Source: Spirochaetales bacterium
GTDB lineage: Bacteria > Spirochaetota > Spirochaetia > SZUA-6 > JAFGRV01
Assembly (NCBI GenBank): GCA_016928415.1
Contig: JAFGKU010000225.1
Span: 1-41,209 of the forward strand
Direction: 5' to 3'
Length of the DNA: 41,209 bases
The notes beneath the pieces are model-generated. The model worked only from the letters and a program-made list of their open reading frames with translations. It was not told where the DNA came from and did not search any database. How positions within the stretch are numbered: position 1 is the first letter of the stretch; each line of letters starts with the position of its first letter. This document shows positions 36,088 through 41,209 of the stretch, piece after piece. The position numbers and the translations under genes were made by a program.

Positions 36088-38586
36088 ATGGAAAAAGTAG
36101 ACGTACAAAAATTATTGCAGTATTACAAGGAAAAGAGCATGAGTTTCTCGGAATTCATAGAGGAATTCCTTGAGAATCCCAGGGCCCACCTCCACACGAG
36201 CTCAACCCTGATCTACGAAGCGATCAATCATTTCGGATACAAGATAGTAATCCGGAGCGGGGAGCCGACACTCAGCTATAATATTTTCGAGGATCCCTTT
36301 TCCAATGGAACAACGGCCATTTTCGGCCAGGAATTCGCCATAAAACATCTGGTAGATGTTATAGAATCAATCGGCAAGGAATCGGGACCCAACCGCGGCA
36401 TAGTGCTTGTGGGCCCGCCGGCTTCCGGAAAAACAAATATCATAGATCTTATCAGCATGGCCCTGGAGGTCTATTCAAAGGAAGAAAAAGTAAAACTCTA
36501 CACGTTTTACTTTCACATTACGGATCAAAAGGGTATGGAACTGGAGATCCGGTCCTCGTTCAACCATAACCCGATCCTTCTTCTGCCCACCATATTGAAA
36601 CGGAACGGCGTAATCTCCCACCCCAGGCAGGAACTGTTCGACGCCATCAATGCCTCCCGCTTCGTGAAAGACAAAATCACCATACCGACGTATTACCAGA
36701 ACGCCACACTTGACAAGTTGAGTCTGGATATTCTCAAAAGCCTGATAAACAATCCCCGGAATGCTTCCAAATCGCTTTTCAACATCCTGGAAGAATACGT
36801 GCACGTGGAAAAAATAGATTTCGCGAGCGCACAGGCCAATGGCATTGCCAATATCGACGACATGTCCAATCTTTCCGTCAAGGCCCAGCCACTGAACCTG
36901 TCAAGCGAATACGATCATTTACTGAGCGACCATCTGCCCGGCACCCACCTGTACCAGTATTCCGGCGCCATGGTTTCGGCTAACCGCGGGCTGCTGCACA
37001 TCCATGACTCGTTCGGCATCACGAAAAACAACATGCCCGTGGAGAGCGAGTATAAACCCCTGCTCATGCTCCTGGGAAGCGGCAAAACATCCGTGGAAGC
37101 CACGCAAACCCATATCGATACAACCGTCATGCTCACCACGAACATAGAGGAAATGAAAATCCTGGACAATCAGCTGACCGCCTCCAAGCTTCTGGACAGG
37201 ATAGACAAGATTGCCGTCAACTACCTTCTTGATGCCAATTCGGAAATGGATATCCTAAGGCGGGATTTATCAAACATGCGGGAAAAGTACGACATTGATC
37301 CGAACCTCGTCAAAATAGCAGCCTACTATGCCGTCATGACCCGTCTTTTACCGCCCATGAAACCAAAGCGTATGGCCAACTGGTCCGAGGAAAAAAAGGA
37401 CCTCTATGCTTCGATTACCCCGGAACAAAAAATGTTCATCTACTCGTCGCAGCCGGACGACCCCGTTTCGACCATCCAGAGACTGCCCTCCTGGCATTCC
37501 TTCCATAACATGGCCGTCAAACTCGGTATTAATATCCATGACCCGGGTACTTTTGAACACCTCATCAGCAAAAGGGATAAAGGCATATTCCTGGATGAAA
37601 TCGGCATTTTCAGCCAGGATCAGCTCAAGCTGATCGACGACGATTTCATGAGGGAACTCTGGAACGAATATCACGTGGAAGAGGGAAAACACGGCATATC
37701 CGTACGCCAGCTCCAGAATATCATGCGTAATACGATTGCCAGGTCGGATGGCCGAAGCGTCAATGTGGGAATCTTTTTCAGCCAGATAGACAAGATGTTC
37801 ACCGAAGGGCCTGCCATCCACCACTGGCTGACAATCGATCCCAAGTACAAGGACAGCAGAAAGCCGGTTCATTCCAGGAAATTGGGTAACTTAGAACTGG
37901 CACAGGGAGAAGGTGATTACGGCGATTTTATAGGGCTGGCAAAAGTGGCCAAATACCTGTATTACCATATCATTTCAAAGGAAATTACCCTCTGCACCGT
38001 TGACAGGGACCCGGAGGAAGTGGCCTATGATTTAAGAAAATACATACAGCATTCCCTTTTGGCCAATGCCGTTGAAAACAAGGCCTTTTCCCATATCCTG
38101 ATTCCGAAATATACTTTTATTGATCCCAAAAACGGCGAAAAAGTTGACCGGCCTGATTTTAACTTCCTTATTTCCATAGAAAGTGTGCTTGTTGCAGACC
38201 AGGAGCCTTCATCCTTCCGGCACGAAACCGCTCAAAGGTTCCTCAATCTGCTCGAAAACGGCGAACTGAAACTGGAGGAAGGGAAGTCAGTGATCAATTC
38301 CAGGGACGATAATCTTCTCATCTGCTTCGGGCGCGAGTATTCCACACTGCTTTCCCACAGGCGGAGCGTGGAGGGACTGAGCACGGAACAATTGAGGGAT
38401 GCCTTTTTCCATATGCAGAATTCAACGGAAAAATATAAATCCTACCAGCCTGAAATCAGGGAACTGGCGGAATCAATCCTGGAAAACATGGTTAAACGGT
38501 TCGGTTATTCCCACCAGATTGCCCTGGGTACAATTGTTTACGCGTTGAGGAAAAGCGTGATCGATTTTTCACAAATAATCTTATAA
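36088..38586 (+). CDS. prkA: PrkA/YeaG-family serine protein kinase (AAA+ N-domain)
   Basis: 832 aa. N-terminal GQEFAIKHLVDVIESIGKESGPNRGIVLVGPPASGKTNIIDLI (PrkA Walker A context) is followed by the long PrkA C-terminal kinase-like region. It starts 4 nt after the spoVR stop. Confidence 0.8.
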   Translation: MEKVDVQKLLQYYKEKSMSFSEFIEEFLENPRAHLHTSSTLIYEAINHFGYKIVIRSGEPTLSYNIFEDPFSNGTTAIFGQEFAIKHLVDVIESIGKESGPNRGIVLVGPPASGKTNIIDLISMALEVYSKEEKVKLYTFYFHITDQKGMELEIRSSFNHNPILLLPTILKRNGVISHPRQELFDAINASRFVKDKITIPTYYQNATLDKLSLDILKSLINNPRNASKSLFNILEEYVHVEKIDFASAQANGIANIDDMSNLSVKAQPLNLSSEYDHLLSDHLPGTHLYQYSGAMVSANRGLLHIHDSFGITKNNMPVESEYKPLLMLLGSGKTSVEATQTHIDTTVMLTTNIEEMKILDNQLTASKLLDRIDKIAVNYLLDANSEMDILRRDLSNMREKYDIDPNLVKIAAYYAVMTRLLPPMKPKRMANWSEEKKDLYASITPEQKMFIYSSQPDDPVSTIQRLPSWHSFHNMAVKLGINIHDPGTFEHLISKRDKGIFLDEIGIFSQDQLKLIDDDFMRELWNEYHVEEGKHGISVRQLQNIMRNTIARSDGRSVNVGIFFSQIDKMFTEGPAIHHWLTIDPKYKDSRKPVHSRKLGNLELAQGEGDYGDFIGLAKVAKYLYYHIISKEITLCTVDRDPEEVAYDLRKYIQHSLLANAVENKAFSHILIPKYTFIDPKNGEKVDRPDFNFLISIESVLVADQEPSSFRHETAQRFLNLLENGELKLEEGKSVINSRDDNLLICFGREYSTLLSHRRSVEGLSTEQLRDAFFHMQNSTEKYKSYQPEIRELAESILENMVKRFGYSHQIALGTIVYALRKSVIDFSQIIL

Positions 38587-38704
38587 AAAAAATCTATCAT
38601 TTATTTTTATTTGTCAGCGAGTCGATTAATGATTATAATATAAACACTGGAGAACAATTATTAAAATATTATTTATACATCCGGATAATACTTTTCTCGA
38701 TTTT

Positions 38705-40123
38705 ATGGTGAGTTACCTGACCCTCAAGGGTTTTGAAGTAAAATCCGCCGAGGACCTTGTTGACGGTTATCGAACGGCGAATGAGATATTACCGGACCTT
38801 ATCATATGCAACAGGAAATTCACCAATTATTCCGCCGAAGGTTTTTTGATCAAAAAACGGACCATGGCAAAAATCAAAAGCACTCCCGTCTTTCTCATGG
38901 GAGATTTCAAACCTGAAGAAATCATGAAATTTAAAAAGGAAAATGTTTATGCCTTTCTTTCACTGCCGCTGAATCCACAGGCCCTGGCGGAAAGATTGTA
39001 CCTGTTCTTTAACATGCCTATTCCGCAGGAACTGGGCACCTGGACACCGATGCTTTTCGATTTGAATATGCGGGGCAGCATCATAACGATTCAAATTGAG
39101 GGTAACCTTGAACTGGACAAACTGGAAATAATGAATTACCTGCTTCGCTGTTTCTGCAGGGAAAAACGCATAAAACGGCCGAAAATACTCGTATTCATAC
39201 CCAACCTGTATCCGGAAAGCATTACAATGGTGAACGTTGACGCCCTGATGAAATTCCGTAAATTTCCCGAACTTGAAATAGACAGTAGAAACATTAAAAT
39301 CCTGACAAGTATTGATAAACTGGTAACCTATATTCACAGGCTGAAAGGCTGCTTCAATTTTGAAGCGGCCAGGGATTTTCTGGATGCCATGCATGCGCTC
39401 CAGATAGATTTCAGCAAGGAAAAAACCGTGCCTGTCGATTTTCTGAAAGCGGGCTGCTTCTATATCTTTGACCTTTTCGACGCGGAAGGAAGAAGAATGA
39501 TTCCGGCCATGACGAGGGTTTCCGAAGACCATTTAAGCCGGATAAAAGATTCAGGAATAAAAACACTCAGCTATTTCGGCGATACGGATTACAAGAATAT
39601 TGAGGAAATTTATTCCGATGAACAGCATGATCTCGTGAAAAAAAGGCTTATGGATACGATAACGGCTGATTATGAAGCCATCAGTACTGAAATCCATTCC
39701 ATACAGGTTCTGAATGAAAAGCAAAGCCTTTTCTTCAGGAAGCTTAAAGGACAAAATCTCCTCATTATCACACAAACAGATGCCTATTTTGAACTGATAA
39801 AGGGCACCCTGGATATTTATTTTCAAATAGACCGCGTTCCAACGGGGGAAAATATCGAGGAAGTCATCGAGAAAACCAAGTATATCTGCATTTTTATTGA
39901 TACAAATATATCCCCGTCAAGACCATTGGATATTCTTACCCGTATCAGGACCCTGGCAACACGCAGAAAAACCTCGGTCATCATTTTAACCCCAATGATT
40001 GACAAAATATCCGTTATGCGGTTTAAGAACTGCGGAACCGACAATATCATACTCGAGCCGTTTTCCAGCGCCACAATCCAGAAAAAGCTTTTTGACGCGT
40101 TAACCCTGGACAGAAAATCGTGA
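38705..40123 (+). CDS. Multi-domain pseudo-receiver protein (REC-like N-domain lacking all phospho-acceptor residues, a possibly STAS-like middle region, and a C-terminal partial REC-like domain)
   Basis: 472 aa from the first ATG. The in-frame upstream extension back to stop 38636 encodes YKHWRTIIKILFIHPDNTFLDF. This supplies REC strand beta1 but contains no ATG, GTG or TTG, so the true start is probably a non-canonical ATT/ATA near 38657-38668 after GGAGAA. Phospho-site D to N (PDLIICN), T to G, K to L. Confidence 0.6.
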   Translation: MVSYLTLKGFEVKSAEDLVDGYRTANEILPDLIICNRKFTNYSAEGFLIKKRTMAKIKSTPVFLMGDFKPEEIMKFKKENVYAFLSLPLNPQALAERLYLFFNMPIPQELGTWTPMLFDLNMRGSIITIQIEGNLELDKLEIMNYLLRCFCREKRIKRPKILVFIPNLYPESITMVNVDALMKFRKFPELEIDSRNIKILTSIDKLVTYIHRLKGCFNFEAARDFLDAMHALQIDFSKEKTVPVDFLKAGCFYIFDLFDAEGRRMIPAMTRVSEDHLSRIKDSGIKTLSYFGDTDYKNIEEIYSDEQHDLVKKRLMDTITADYEAISTEIHSIQVLNEKQSLFFRKLKGQNLLIITQTDAYFELIKGTLDIYFQIDRVPTGENIEEVIEKTKYICIFIDTNISPSRPLDILTRIRTLATRRKTSVIILTPMIDKISVMRFKNCGTDNIILEPFSSATIQKKLFDALTLDRKS

Positions 40124-40133
40124 TTTGTTAAAA

Positions 40134-40424
40134 TTAAAATTCAACCGAAAAATGTTTATACACGCCTGTATAAGCCGTTCCCCGCACCTGAAACCGGTTT
40201 ACCTGGGCACCGGGCGGTCCCTTCCTAAGCCATTGTTTGAATTCTTCAATTTCTTTATTCAGCCCCTCGGCAACCACCTCCACCGTGCCGTCAGGGAGAT
40301 TTCTGACATATCCGGTTATACTGCGCAGACGTTTTGCTTGATTATATGTAGAAAACCTGAAACCGACACCTTGAACAATCCCTTCAATTATTGCATGAAA
40401 GGCTTCAAAGTCAGCGGTATCCAA
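40134..40424 (-). CDS. acyP: Acylphosphatase
   Basis: 96 aa. The canonical motifs are EGIVQGVGFR (phosphate-binding loop) and GYVRNLPDGTVEVVAEG. Confidence 0.85.
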   Translation of the reverse strand: MDTADFEAFHAIIEGIVQGVGFRFSTYNQAKRLRSITGYVRNLPDGTVEVVAEGLNKEIEEFKQWLRKGPPGAQVNRFQVRGTAYTGVYKHFSVEF

Positions 40425-40428
40425 AGAT

Positions 40429-41055
40429 TTAAGCTTCTTTCTCTGATTCTTTATACTTTTTTACCAGTTTTTTTATTTCGGATACCAGCTTGCTAAAATC
40501 AAATGGCTTGGCAAAATAGGCATCCGCACCCTCACCCATTATCGTTTCTTTGCCTTCGGCTTCTTCAAAACCCGTTACCGCGATGACAACCGGATTACCG
40601 AAAGTAGGATCGGATTTTATATCTTTACAGAGCTTATGGCCGTCAATTCCTGGCAGGCGGATATCCAGGATGATAATTCCGGGTTTATACTTGGAGATGA
40701 GTTTCCCGGCCTCAAAACCGTCGAAGGCCTGAAACAATGTGAGTTCCGGCATTTTTTTCTGGATGAATTTTTTGACCACATTATTCAATTCCTCATCATC
40801 ATCCACGATGATGAGCGTGTCCCAGTCAACACGGGTTTCTCCCGGTTCCAGCAGGACTTCCGGGATTCTCATTCCCCTGGATTCAAGGAATTCAATAAGG
40901 TCCTCAGCATACACCCTGTATTGGCCGCCGGGTGTGATAAAGGCTTTTAAATATCCGTTTTTTATCCAATTGATAGTCGTTTGGTTCACGACACCGCAAA
41001 TATTGGCTATCTCCAATGCTGAGAAAATGCGTATTTTTTTATCGTTCTTTCCCAT
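40429..41055 (-). CDS. Response regulator with N-terminal HTH_17 (excisionase/MerR-like) DNA-binding domain and C-terminal receiver
   Basis: 208 aa. HTH: IFSALEIANICGVVNQTTINWIKNGYLKAFITPGGQYRVYAEDLIEFL. REC has all conserved residues (IIVDDDEE, IIILDIRLPGIDG, IAVTG, FAKPF). Confidence 0.75.
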   Translation of the reverse strand: MGKNDKKIRIFSALEIANICGVVNQTTINWIKNGYLKAFITPGGQYRVYAEDLIEFLESRGMRIPEVLLEPGETRVDWDTLIIVDDDEELNNVVKKFIQKKMPELTLFQAFDGFEAGKLISKYKPGIIILDIRLPGIDGHKLCKDIKSDPTFGNPVVIAVTGFEEAEGKETIMGEGADAYFAKPFDFSKLVSEIKKLVKKYKESEKEA

Positions 41056-41209
41056 TCGTACTGTCCACTTCCATTTATATAGTATTATGTAACTATCTGA
41101 TTATACAAACTTATCTTTAATCATTATCGACAAATAATTACATTTTTCATAATATATCCAAAAAGTCACTATTTATTCAAGTAATCTTTTATTTATTATA
41201 AAAAATAAT

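Overview
This is a 41.2-kb chromosomal segment of what looks like a diderm (Gram-negative-type) bacterium with about 45% GC overall. It reads as an ordinary chromosome with one accessory-looking stretch. The segment is densely coding on both strands, and clear Shine-Dalgarno sequences (GGAGG-like) precede many starts. I found no rRNA, tRNA, CRISPR array or transposase.

Left third:
- Envelope and transport genes: a CAP/YkwD-like secreted protein, a Na/Pi-cotransporter-family protein, MgtC, and an MlaE-MlaF-MlaD lipid-asymmetry ABC operon.
- Carbohydrate genes: a lipoprotein GH16 beta-glucanase with two CBM4/9-like modules.
- Signalling: a GAF/HD-GYP phosphodiesterase.

Middle:
- A MetRS-like class I aminoacyl-tRNA synthetase in which the KMSKS motif looks degenerate.
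- A seven-gene minus-strand operon: GntR, an SPFH/band-7 protein, a MacB/LolD-like ABC ATPase, two FtsX permeases, a LolA-like lipoprotein-sorting protein and a beta-barrel-like protein.
- A PQQ-type beta-propeller protein, a 1394-aa GH2 with C-terminal CBM-like repeats, and a short RecQ-family helicase.

Right third:
- A hybrid histidine kinase whose sensor and H-box region is decayed into stop-interrupted PAS fragments, so the 5' part is called a pseudogene.
- A lower-GC islet carrying a degenerate YcgR/PilZ-like protein, a NUDIX hydrolase divergently paired with a MoaA/viperin-like radical-SAM enzyme, and two secreted or hypothetical small proteins.
- A yhbH(yeaH)-spoVR-prkA Ser-kinase module in permuted order.
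- Directly after that module: a multi-domain pseudo-receiver protein with no canonical start codon, an acylphosphatase, and an HTH_17-REC response regulator.

The most notable non-coding feature is a 3.5-copy tandem array of a 38-bp unit. Each unit carries a perfect 18-bp palindrome, and the array exactly fills the space between two convergent stop codons at 6860-6993.

All calls were made by eye from motif and architecture recognition. No database searches were possible.
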